DNA from: an uncultured virus (IMG/VR IMGVR_UViG_2582580832_000004)
Lineage: Duplodnaviria > Heunggongvirae > Uroviricota > Caudoviricetes
DNA: 20,000 nt
Reading direction: 5' to 3' (one strand)
IMG/VR virus record: IMGVR_UViG_2582580832_000004
How positions within the stretch are numbered: the first letter of the stretch is position 1; every line of letters begins with the position of its first letter. Under the pieces are notes generated by a model, which was not told where the DNA came from, made no database searches, and saw only the letters and a program-made list of their open reading frames with translations. Shown one piece after another: positions 1-7,823 of the stretch. Both the position numbers and the translations under genes were made by a program.

Positions 1-1
1 A

Positions 2-382
2 CATAGGTCCATATTGCTTTTGAACCTTGTCTTTATATTTTTTAGCACCTACTGAAAGACTATTTCTTTGCTTTCCATTCTGATCAATTGTAGCCCGCCA
101 AATCTCGTTAGCGCTTAATCCATAAGGCAATTTGATTGTGATGTATTGCTTACCAGAAATGATAACACCGCCTGTGCTTCCCCTATATATAGTATTTTCA
201 CCGTTTTCACCCTCATATTCTTTTTCTACATGGCAAGGGAAAAACACATGTTTAGAAGGGCTAGACTTTTGCTTTTTAGTTTTTTCATTGCCTAATGAAA
301 CACTGAAATCCTTAAAGAGTTCCTGTCTTTTATTATTGGAGAAAAACTCACTCCACTGACGGCGGTTACTTTTTTTAATCAT
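2..382 (-). CDS. rusA: RusA-family Holliday junction resolvase, N-terminal part (runs off window)
   Basis: Not in ORF track; manual translation MIKKSNRRQW...ITIKLPYGLSANEIWR...SLSVGAKKYKDKV resembles the RusA N-terminal 'LP.PPS.N..WR' motif; GAGGT RBS at 387-391. Confidence 0.7.
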   Translation of the reverse strand, partial: MIKKSNRRQWSEFFSNNKRQELFKDFSVSLGNEKTKKQKSSPSKHVFFPCHVEKEYEGENGENTIYRGSTGGVIISGKQYITIKLPYGLSANEIWRATIDQNGKQRNSLSVGAKKYKDKVQKQYGPM

Positions 383-529
383 AACGACCTCAAATCAAGC
401 AAGTAAGATTTACATAGACTTGAAACTCTTCTTGCATGACAAAATCCTTAAAAACACTTAGTTCCAGAATTATTGACCGTTTGATTTATTTAAAAGGACC
501 CTAGTTCCAATCATTATTTTTGACGAGAT

Positions 530-563
530 AAAAAAAGTCCGCACCTTGGGGAAAGTACGGACT
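530..563 (-). terminator. Intrinsic terminator
   Basis: Minus strand AGTCCGTACTTT-CCCC-AAGGTGCGGACT (12-bp stem with two G-U pairs) followed by a T run. Confidence 0.6.
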
Positions 564-644
564 ATAAAACTTAAATTAACGTAAACCGATAAACAGTTCA
601 CATAATTTAATATATAAATCGTTTTTTATCAATATATATATTTA

Positions 645-860
645 TTAAGCTTGATGCCTAATCATCTTTTCAACGATTTTGCAGGCTTCATGAAAATCAA
701 TATCGTTACTAATCCAGAATCTATGAGTTTTATCACCCAGTATAAAACTCTGGGTGAAATACTCTGACTTTTTCTCAGGATCTATATCAGCTGCTTTAAA
801 TGAATAAACATCCTTCTCAACCACTTGTCCATTAAGATCACCACCAATACATATTTTCAT
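645..860 (-). CDS. Phage hypothetical protein (71 aa)
   Basis: ATG-started ORF with 'CIGGDLNG' N-terminus like small phage proteins; co-oriented with rusA. Confidence 0.6.
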   Translation of the reverse strand: MKICIGGDLNGQVVEKDVYSFKAADIDPEKKSEYFTQSFILGDKTHRFWISNDIDFHEACKIVEKMIRHQA

Positions 861-908
861 TACAAGTCCAATTCAAGATACGACTCTATCCTACACCTCA
901 ATTGCTAT

Positions 909-1097
909 TTATATTTTAATTTTATTTTCATCGGGTGTCTCATTATGAATTTTTAGACCATCAGCAAGTGTTTGCACAACTTCGGGGATATCAAATAAAT
1001 CTACATAAGGTACAAAAAATGAATCTTTTGCTCTATTTAAAAAACCAGGTGCTTGTCTATCTTTAAAAGTACTAGCATTACAAAATAGTTCAAAAAA
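909..1097 (-). pseudogene. 3' fragment of an unknown gene, no start codon
   Basis: Open frame FFELFCNASTFKDRQAPGFLNRAKDSFFVPYVDLFDIPEVVQTLADGLKIHNETPDENKIKI* (stop 909-911); bounded upstream by TGA at 1113-1115 inside the cI sequence. Confidence 0.55.
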
Positions 1098-1700
1098 GAA
1101 CTGGCTATGAAGTCAGGTGTCAAACAATCTGTAATTTCTGATCTCGAAACAGGGAATGCCAAATCGACAGGCTCTATACTTGAGCTGGCTACCGCACTTG
1201 GTGTTACCGCAGAAGAGCTAAAAAAAGGAATTGTCAGTAAGTTTGACAATAATGTTGAGCCTATAACTAAAAAACTAATTCCCGTTCTTTCTTGGGTGCA
1301 GGCAGGGACAATGACATCAGTAGAAGCTATCGATCCTAATAAAATAAATGAATGGTTGCCACCACTTAGTGCAGATGATCCAGATGGTTGTTTTTATTTG
1401 AGAGTAGTTGGAGTAAGTAATTCCCCTAGATATGAAGAGGGAGACTACATTTTAGTTAATCCAAACTATCAAGTTTGCGATCTAATCGCTGATGACCTCA
1501 TCGTTGTTAGAAATAATTCAGACGCAACCTTTAAGAAGCTTGTAATTGAAAGCGACCAGCGCAAATACTTGCAAGCATTAAACCCCAACTTCCATCCCAA
1601 TATTATTGAATTTGAAGATGGTATGGAGCTCGTAGGCTTAGTTATTGATGCATTTAGACCATTAGGCGGATCACGTCCAAAGCGTGTTAGAAAAAGTTAA
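1092..1700 (+). pseudogene. 5'-truncated CI/LexA-like repressor (partial HTH + S24 peptidase)
   Basis: KELAMKSGVKQSVISDLETG is HTH helices 2-3; first ATG (1107) is inside helix 2 with in-frame TAG at 1086-1088; Ala-Gly site (VQAG), Ser (GVSN) and Lys (TFKKL) retained. Confidence 0.8.
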
Positions 1701-1720
1701 ATTAAGGTTTTAGGTGATAT

Positions 1721-1936
1721 ATGGACAATTCAAAACTACCAATCAACCAGATTATTGCTCGTATCAATGATGCAGCTAAACATGGTGAAGCTTTGGTGCT
1801 GACTGCTGAAGAGGTAAAGATTCTTTCTAAAGATATTGGCGACAAGGTCTTTATTCCTGTGCTTACTAATGAGCAGGTCGTGCAGTTGGTAAAAGAAGGA
1901 AAGCTAGGCCAGAAAATTAATAACACCAAAGATTAA
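1721..1936 (+). CDS. Small phage protein downstream of cI (71 aa)
   Basis: ATG with AGGTG RBS; recalled as a common cI-adjacent ORF in Acinetobacter prophages. Confidence 0.75.
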   Translation: MDNSKLPINQIIARINDAAKHGEALVLTAEEVKILSKDIGDKVFIPVLTNEQVVQLVKEGKLGQKINNTKD

Positions 1937-1940
1937 TAAG

Positions 1941-1963
1941 CTGTGAACCCGACACAGTCTTTT
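1941..1963 (+). terminator. Weak hairpin at the left boundary of the cargo slot
   Basis: CTGTG-AACCCGA-CACAG followed by TCTTTT. Confidence 0.35.
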
Positions 1964-2001
1964 AAATGTGGGGTATATCACTTATTAGATAGTAATATTT
2001 A

Positions 2002-2030
2002 TTGATGTTTTAGTGTGTAATGTGTAGATT
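2002..2030 (+). promoter_or_regulatory. Candidate sigma70 promoter of the R-M gene
   Basis: TTGATG-N17-TAGATT about 40 bp upstream of ATG 2069; AT-rich context so may be chance. Confidence 0.3.
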
Positions 2031-2068
2031 GCCAATAGTTTTTATAGTAGATATTGGGATTATGCAAT

Positions 2069-4336
2069 ATGTCTAATATTGAGCAAGATACACGTTTTAT
2101 TGTTAACAATAATTTGATTAACAAGGGCTGGATCTTGGACATTCAAGATCCAAACAAAAATGTCTTTTTTGAATCAGATATCTTAAGAATTGTTAATAAT
2201 GAGTTTCTCAAGAAAAGTAAAAAAAGACCCGATTATGTTCTTTTCGATTCACAAAATAAGCGGCCAATCGGTGTAATTGAAACGAAATCAGGTGGAAAAA
2301 GCTTAACAAAAGCACTGGATCAGGCAACCGAATATGCTGAAATGCTTGATGCACCTTTGATATTTGCAATGAATAATGGTTTCTGCGAAACACGGCATTT
2401 GTATACCCAAAAACCATTATTTATTGATGAAAATGAGGTTAATGAATTAATAAGAGTAAATGAAGCTAAAGAGTTCATATTGCAGGAAACAAATGGTATT
2501 TATATTACACCTAAAGAAATTTTAGTCTCTCGCAAAGAGTTAATTAATGTTTTCAAGAAGTTAAATAACTCACTAAGAGGTGAAGGTTTAAGAGCTGGTA
2601 TAGAAAGGCTTTCAGAATTTGCAAACATTCTTTTTTTAAAATTGTATACAGAGAATGCTAATACAGGTATTTGGAATTCTCTCAAAAGTCTCGATAATGA
2701 TTTGCTAATTAATACAACTAATAACATACTACAAGATATTGATAGACAATATGGTGCTTCTGTTTTTACAAATTTACAGCTAACCAACCCTGTTGCTGTT
2801 AAAGAGATGATCAAAGAGTTGGATAAGTTAAAACTCTCATCAATAGATACCGATATTAAAGGAGATGCTTTTGAGTATTTCTTACAGCAAGCTACAGCAA
2901 CTAATAATGACTTAGGAGAATATTTTACTCCACGTCACATAACTAAAACCATTGTTAACTTAGTCAACCCTAAATATGGTGAAAAGATCTATGACCCTTT
3001 TTGTGGGACAGGTGGTTTTTTAACAGAGGCATTTGATCATATAAAAGATAACACTTTAATTGCAAACAATAGTAGTGAAGAAATCAAGCTTAAACATAAT
3101 ACTATTTTTGGAAGAGAAATTACCTCAAATGCAAAACTCGCAAAAATGAATATGATTCTGCATGGGGATGGGCATAGTGGAATTTGCCAGATAGACACAC
3201 TTCAAAACCCTATTGAATCTGAATATGATGTGGTTATAACCAACATGCCATTTTCTCAAAAAACTTCTTATTCTCACTTATATGAGAATAAGTTAGCTAA
3301 AAACGATGGTGATGGAGTATGTGTTCTACATTGCTTTAAAGCAACAAAAAAAGGAGGGCGAATGGCATTAGTAGTACCTGAAGGCTTTCTTTTTAAAGCC
3401 GCTTTAGCTCCAGTAAGGAAGTATTTATTTGAAAACGCCCAACTAAAAGCAGTAGTTTCACTTCCAAAAGAAGTTTTTCTGCCATATGCAAAAGTTAAAA
3501 CCAATATACTCTACTTTACCAACTGTCATAATGGTAGAACAAATTCTGACGTTTTTTACTACAATGTGACAAATGATGGCCTAAGTTTAGATTCTTTCCG
3601 TAGAAAAATTGACGAAAATGATTTAAAAAATTTAGATTTTGCTGATTTAAATAAGAGCGACTTTGATAAATATTATAATGAATTAGGTTTCTTAAAAGTT
3701 AATCCAGAATTAATCAGAAGCAATGATTATATTTATAATTATGCTCACTATAGTAATTCACATATAAAATCAAAATTCCCAACTATAAAACTAAAAGAAC
3801 TCCTATCCTTGTCTGGCAAAGTCAAAGTGGGAGAGGATACAAATATACCTATTATGAGTATCACTATGGAACATGGCTTAATTGATCAGCATGAGAAATT
3901 TAAAAAACGAGTCGCAAGTTCTGATATTTCTGGGTATAAAAAGGTTTTTAAAAATGAACTTGTAATGGGGTTCCCTATAGATGAAGGTGTTCTAGGATTT
4001 CAAAAATATTACGATGCTGCTGCCGTAAGCCCAGCATACAAAATCTTTAGATTAAAACGAGAAGTTAATGTAGAATATTTGGATTTGATTTTGAGATCTA
4101 ATTCTCTAAGAAAAATATACAAAAGTAAAATGCAAGGCAGTGTAGAGAGACGACGCAGTATTCCTGATGAAATGTTTTTGAATATTGAGATCCCGAATCC
4201 TCCTGAAGAGGTTAAAGATCAAATAGTAAAACAACATAAACTAATAAAGGAAATTGAGAATAGTCTCAAGGAAAATCAAAAAAAATTGCGTCTAAAGACA
4301 GAAGCATTATGGGAACTTCCTCAAAATTACAACTAA
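2069..4336 (+). CDS. Single-chain restriction-modification protein: HsdR_N-like PD-(D/E)xK nuclease + N6-adenine methyltransferase + HsdS-like specificity domain (Type IIG-like)
   Basis: EQDTR..GW and RPDYVLF..VIETK nuclease motifs; GEYFTPRHI, DPFCGTGGF (motif I), NMPF (motif IV), VVPEGFLF; C-terminal TRD 'VSPAY..F..YL..GSV..R..IPNPPEEVKDQIV'. Start taken as ATG 2069 rather than TTG 2054. Confidence 0.88.
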   Translation: MSNIEQDTRFIVNNNLINKGWILDIQDPNKNVFFESDILRIVNNEFLKKSKKRPDYVLFDSQNKRPIGVIETKSGGKSLTKALDQATEYAEMLDAPLIFAMNNGFCETRHLYTQKPLFIDENEVNELIRVNEAKEFILQETNGIYITPKEILVSRKELINVFKKLNNSLRGEGLRAGIERLSEFANILFLKLYTENANTGIWNSLKSLDNDLLINTTNNILQDIDRQYGASVFTNLQLTNPVAVKEMIKELDKLKLSSIDTDIKGDAFEYFLQQATATNNDLGEYFTPRHITKTIVNLVNPKYGEKIYDPFCGTGGFLTEAFDHIKDNTLIANNSSEEIKLKHNTIFGREITSNAKLAKMNMILHGDGHSGICQIDTLQNPIESEYDVVITNMPFSQKTSYSHLYENKLAKNDGDGVCVLHCFKATKKGGRMALVVPEGFLFKAALAPVRKYLFENAQLKAVVSLPKEVFLPYAKVKTNILYFTNCHNGRTNSDVFYYNVTNDGLSLDSFRRKIDENDLKNLDFADLNKSDFDKYYNELGFLKVNPELIRSNDYIYNYAHYSNSHIKSKFPTIKLKELLSLSGKVKVGEDTNIPIMSITMEHGLIDQHEKFKKRVASSDISGYKKVFKNELVMGFPIDEGVLGFQKYYDAAAVSPAYKIFRLKREVNVEYLDLILRSNSLRKIYKSKMQGSVERRRSIPDEMFLNIEIPNPPEEVKDQIVKQHKLIKEIENSLKENQKKLRLKTEALWELPQNYN

Positions 4337-4347
4337 TCCCCCCTTCG

Positions 4348-4368
4348 AACCCACCACCACGGTGGGTT
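4348..4368 (+). terminator. Terminator hairpin lacking its U-tract
   Basis: AACCCACC-ACCAC-GGTGGGTT, same stem family as 5169-5194, but followed by GGATGATG instead of T's. Confidence 0.55.
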
Positions 4369-4639
4369 GGATGATGCTAATCTTAAGCTGAAATTAACTC
4401 TAACTTATAACCGGCGCACATCAAAAAGCGGACAAAAAGTTATTGATACAGTAGCTTCATCTATGAGACATAATGATGACTATGTTATTACTCTAGAAGA
4501 TGGAACAAAGGTTACTGCTGATAATTTAAAAATGAGTGGAAAGATTTCCGTTGAAACGATTAATAATAAAGTTTATAACGATGGGCTTAAAGTTCAGTTG
4601 TATAATTGGATGACCACCAATATTAATTTTGGCGATTAA
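4367..4639 (+). pseudogene. Probable C-terminal fragment of a larger soluble cargo protein
   Basis: TTG 'start' lies inside the terminator stem with no convincing free RBS; stop is 2 nt before the next gene, implying an operon partner. Confidence 0.6.
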
Positions 4640-4641
4640 AT

Positions 4642-5145
4642 ATGGCTAAACGCTACTTACCGTTCTATAACAATGCTAGATTTATTGCGCTAGTGTTAGT
4701 AGCCTTTTTTGTCATTTTTTCAATATCTTTCAGATATTTGGATTTAAATATCAGTATTAGCTTAACCCAATTTTCGTTTGTTTTGCTTTTGCCCTTAAGT
4801 CAAATTTATTTAGCCTATAAGGGCATGCTAGATGCACTCAAACTTGATGGATTAAGTCAGTCTGAGAGAGACAGATTAACTTCAACAGTAGATATACGAA
4901 GTAAGTCGTCCTTATATGTAGCTATTCTTTTTATTGTTATTGTTTTTAGTATATTTGTCCTAAATTCAATAAATTTACTTACTGAAAAGCATTTGTTGGC
5001 TTTAATCCTATCAATCGGGCTTTCTTCAATTGTTAGCTTTTTTTTGGCTTGGAGTGATTTAAGAGAAATCTCAATGTTGGAAAAAACTCTTAAAGCACGT
5101 AAAGAATCAAGGGAAGCTAAGGCAAAGGTACTAAACAATAAATAA
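4642..5145 (+). CDS. Membrane protein with about 4 TM helices and basic C-terminal tail
   Basis: Hydrophobic runs FIALVLVAFFVIFSISF, FSFVLLLPLSQIYLAY, LYVAILFIVIVFSIFVL, LLALILSIGLSSIVSFFLAW. Confidence 0.8.
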   Translation: MAKRYLPFYNNARFIALVLVAFFVIFSISFRYLDLNISISLTQFSFVLLLPLSQIYLAYKGMLDALKLDGLSQSERDRLTSTVDIRSKSSLYVAILFIVIVFSIFVLNSINLLTEKHLLALILSIGLSSIVSFFLAWSDLREISMLEKTLKARKESREAKAKVLNNK

Positions 5146-5168
5146 ATTTTAACGATTTATTATCATCC

Positions 5169-5194
5169 AACCCACCCAGTGTGGGTTTTCTTTT
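5169..5194 (+). terminator. Intrinsic terminator ending the cI/cargo unit
   Basis: AACCCAC-CCAGT-GTGGGTT then TTCTTTT. Confidence 0.8.
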
Positions 5195-5211
5195 GTCTAT
5201 TAAAGCATAAA

Positions 5212-5275
5212 AAATCGGATTTTCTATAAAAATATCGGATTACCTATTGACTAATAATATCGGAAATGCGATATT
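5212..5275 (+). promoter_or_regulatory. OL/PL-like region of prophage A: three operators and promoter
   Basis: ATATCG-N6-CGATAT dyad at 5257-5274, variants at 5212-5229 and 5232-5249; TTGACT(5247)-N17-GATATT(5270). Confidence 0.75.
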
Positions 5276-5293
5276 TATCTCACAGACAACAAA

Positions 5294-5365
5294 AAAGCAC
5301 ACCCTACTTTCTTGGCTGACCTGATTACTCAAGCTAAAGATCACATTAACACCTTAACGCCTGCT
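5294..5365 (+). pseudogene. 24-codon internal gene fragment KAHPTFLADLITQAKDHINTLTPA
   Basis: Manual translation; from memory resembles an internal segment of an Acinetobacter phage early-operon ATP-binding (AAA/Sak4-like) protein; unverified. Confidence 0.45.
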
Positions 5366-5718
5366 TTAACTTGCTCTGTGCTGAACCGTAAAACTGTAAA
5401 ACCCATCATTGCTGCGGAGTTGTATTTCTCCATATCCCCTATATAGCCTTTGCCCCTTGTATGACGGCCTCCACTCCAGATCCCGCCTTCTACCTCAATC
5501 AAAATCTTTTTACCCGTTATTAAAAAATCTGCTCTCCATTTACGATCAGGATGGAACTTATATTCCTGTTCAAAACCAATCTTGCATGCTCTTAAATGCG
5601 TTGCCAGAACCACTTCACCCACACTTGGTTGTCTGGCAACTTGCTTTGCTGAACGCCGCTTTTTATTTTTCTTTATCGGAAATAACTTTCGGTAATCAGC
5701 AAGGCTCATTGATGTCAT
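5341..5718 (-). CDS. DUF559/Vsr-like PD-(D/E)xK endonuclease; last residues derive from the junction
   Basis: EYKFHPDRKWRADF..LIEVEGG..GRH..DMEKYN.A..GFTVLRF. Confidence 0.8.
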   Translation of the reverse strand: MTSMSLADYRKLFPIKKNKKRRSAKQVARQPSVGEVVLATHLRACKIGFEQEYKFHPDRKWRADFLITGKKILIEVEGGIWSGGRHTRGKGYIGDMEKYNSAAMMGFTVLRFSTEQVKAGVKVLM

Positions 5719-6116
5719 TTAGGCTCACCACCATTGAGCACTTGCTCTAAAGCTTTAAAGGTTCGAATCATTGACATTTGTTGAAATTCATGATTGCCGC
5801 GCATGTCCCCTTCAACATACTGCAAAGCATATTGAGTCTCCTTTAATGCCGCATCCACCCGCTTTTGCAGCTCTGCTTTCTCATCTCTTAAACCAAGCAG
5901 TTTTTCAGCTTGTGTTTCAATCACTTCGTTTTGATAAACGAGCTTTTGACCTTGCTCTTTTATGTTGTCGTTAAGCATCTGATTTCTGCGTTGCAGCTCC
6001 TCCACTTTCGATTGCTGCGACTGCTGACCAGCTTCATATGCCGCTTCTATACCAAGTGAATATGGAATTACTCCTTTACTAGCGCACCACTCAATAAATG
6101 TCATTGGTTTATCCAT
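5715..6116 (-). CDS. Phage coiled-coil hypothetical protein
   Basis: Start reassigned to ATG 6116 (GGAGG RBS, overlaps upstream TGA); ATGA overlap with next gene. Confidence 0.7.
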   Translation of the reverse strand: MDKPMTFIEWCASKGVIPYSLGIEAAYEAGQQSQQSKVEELQRRNQMLNDNIKEQGQKLVYQNEVIETQAEKLLGLRDEKAELQKRVDAALKETQYALQYVEGDMRGNHEFQQMSMIRTFKALEQVLNGGEPK

Positions 6117-6340
6117 CACACATCCTCCACTTTGCAATTCGGCGAAATGTGGTTTTCTGGTTTGTCTAGGGTTTCTAATTCCCTCGAATCCGAGGGTTTA
6201 TCAATGCGGTGGCCTGCTGCTATTTCTTCAACTGGATACAAATCATTTTCAGCTAGGCCGCAACGGATGCAGCATTTACCTGTGCCATCCTGATTGTTTT
6301 GAGACCAGAAATGGTTTTGACATTCTTTAAACTCACTCAT
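6116..6340 (-). CDS. Phage hypothetical protein (74 aa, Cys/His cluster)
   Basis: Start reassigned to ATG 6340 (MSEFKECQNHFW..KCCIRCG), GGAG RBS at 6347-6350. Confidence 0.65.
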   Translation of the reverse strand: MSEFKECQNHFWSQNNQDGTGKCCIRCGLAENDLYPVEEIAAGHRIDKPSDSRELETLDKPENHISPNCKVEDV

Positions 6341-6809
6341 GACTGGCTCCTTTGTCCCACTGAACATCTTTAAGGCTTGGACGGAATACGACAACACAAC
6401 AACCGAATGGTGCATTAGATGAAGAACCACCAAACTTTAGGCGTCCACGAATAAAATGAATTTCTCTTCCTAAGCAGTAATCTTGAAACCATCGGGCATC
6501 AGTTCTTACTGGAACGAGTGCAACTACCGTATGCCCTTTACTTGCTGTTTCCGCTGCCTTAGCAACCCAATCGATGATTTCTTTGCCGTAAGGTGGATTC
6601 ATCCAGCATGTCCCAGTCCACTCTTGCTTTAGACCATCAATTTCAGGTGTAAAATAACGTTCACATTTAGCATTTTCAGGCAGAGCACAAACGTCTAAAT
6701 CAAAGTTAAATACTCGATCCAATTTTTCGAAAAAATCTTGCGGCGTTGACCATACATCCGTTCTATTTTCAGCAAGACCAAACAGCTTGCTTTGCGCCAT
6801 TGTGTTCAT
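6333..6809 (-). CDS. Phage DNA N6-adenine methyltransferase (phage Dam-type family)
   Basis: WSTPQDFF, DLDVCA, WMNPPY, FIRGRLKF motifs. Confidence 0.88.
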   Translation of the reverse strand: MNTMAQSKLFGLAENRTDVWSTPQDFFEKLDRVFNFDLDVCALPENAKCERYFTPEIDGLKQEWTGTCWMNPPYGKEIIDWVAKAAETASKGHTVVALVPVRTDARWFQDYCLGREIHFIRGRLKFGGSSSNAPFGCCVVVFRPSLKDVQWDKGASHE

Positions 6810-7171
6810 TCACCGCCTCCGTATATTGATTCGTGGTCTTTAATGCATTCCTTCAAATAACCCATGCCATTTTTAGTGCGTGATGTGAACTTTGCTTTCT
6901 CAATTCCACCAAACTGCTCAACGATGCGAAGGCTTTCTAAAAGGATTTTGAGATCATTGATTTGCACTGGTTCAAAACCACGCTTCTTAAACCATTCACC
7001 ATTGTTGTCTGTTAGATTCCAAACTGGATGAAAACCATTGTGAAACTGAAACTCAGGCTTAGTGCGAAAGTAATAACCGTCTTGGAAGCTCTCAGCGTTG
7101 CTAGGCGCACCACCAACAACCTCTCTCGCCTTCTCTAAACCGTGGTCTTTGATGAATTGGGTGGCTTTCAT
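6806..7171 (-). CDS. Phage hypothetical protein
   Basis: ATGA-coupled in the delayed-early operon. Confidence 0.75.
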   Translation of the reverse strand: MKATQFIKDHGLEKAREVVGGAPSNAESFQDGYYFRTKPEFQFHNGFHPVWNLTDNNGEWFKKRGFEPVQINDLKILLESLRIVEQFGGIEKAKFTSRTKNGMGYLKECIKDHESIYGGGE

Positions 7172-7326
7172 TGGACTTCCTCCATATATGGCAAGTCAGA
7201 ATCTAAGCACTCACACCAAATGCGATCTCTGAAGGTGAATTGATGCCATCCGTTCTTTGTGCCTATGTAAACAAGAACTTGTGGCTCATGTGACCACTTG
7301 TATTTATTACCAATTATTAGCTTCAT
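7168..7326 (-). CDS. Small phage protein (52 aa), missed by ORF track
   Basis: MKLIIGNKYKWSHEPQVLVYIGTKNGWHQFTFRDRIWCECLDSDLPYMEEVQ; ATGA overlaps at both ends fill the gap exactly. Confidence 0.8.
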   Translation of the reverse strand: MKLIIGNKYKWSHEPQVLVYIGTKNGWHQFTFRDRIWCECLDSDLPYMEEVQ

Positions 7327-7823
7327 CCCTTCACCCCGTCACGTTTGGTCACGTTCTTATTAGCTCTATGAAGGCAATTAGCCACTGCCCAAGCATCAAG
7401 ACATGTATCGCCTTTGAACTCTTCATCCATCATCGACAGCCACTCTTCCTTAGCGCCTTTCCAGCCTTTGGTTTTAAGTCCTTGCCCTTTGTTCACATAG
7501 CAATCTGAGTAACCGTTAATGAACTCTGATAGCTTCATAGGTGTATCGATACGGAACCCACGCTCTACAATTCCTTCCTCACCTGAGTCCTTCTTGATCT
7601 TTGCGAAGAAAGTCACGCCATAAGTTTGATGATTTGGAATAGTCCCAAACTGTAGAGCTGTGAGTAATGAGCCTTGATAAATCTTCATAAGCACAGGCAA
7701 AGGCAGTTGACCACTTGTATCACCTGACTGCTTTTCGTATTGCTCTACGATTTCAACTGCATTGAATACATTCCAAGACAATTGGAAGTGTTGAGCTTTA
7801 GGAGCTTTGCGTTGTTTCTTCAT
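7323..7823 (-). CDS. Phage hypothetical protein
   Basis: ATGA-coupled operon member. Confidence 0.75.
   Translation of the reverse strand: MKKQRKAPKAQHFQLSWNVFNAVEIVEQYEKQSGDTSGQLPLPVLMKIYQGSLLTALQFGTIPNHQTYGVTFFAKIKKDSGEEGIVERGFRIDTPMKLSEFINGYSDCYVNKGQGLKTKGWKGAKEEWLSMMDEEFKGDTCLDAWAVANCLHRANKNVTKRDGVKG

Larger units (their letters stand above)
1..5365. mobile_element. Cryptic lambdoid prophage remnant A (continues off left edge)
   Basis: RusA-like gene (-), truncated S24 repressor (+), cargo genes and a PL-like promoter with operators; several gene fragments lack starts. Confidence 0.8.

Noticed and set aside
132..359. 75-aa plus-strand ORF
   Set aside because: Overlaps the better supported minus-strand rusA-like frame that has an RBS and family motif
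1037..1249. 70-aa minus-strand ORF as a possible cro
   Set aside because: Mostly antisense to cI, spans the deletion junction, no HTH pattern
2208..3504. Minus-strand ORFs within the R-M gene
   Set aside because: Antisense to a motif-rich long CDS with no independent support
2069..4336. Classical Type I R-M system
   Set aside because: No DEAD-box translocase HsdR and no separate two-TRD HsdS in the window
5409..5974. Plus-strand ORFs downstream of the orphan PL
   Set aside because: TTG starts, antisense to coupled phage genes, no recognisable motifs
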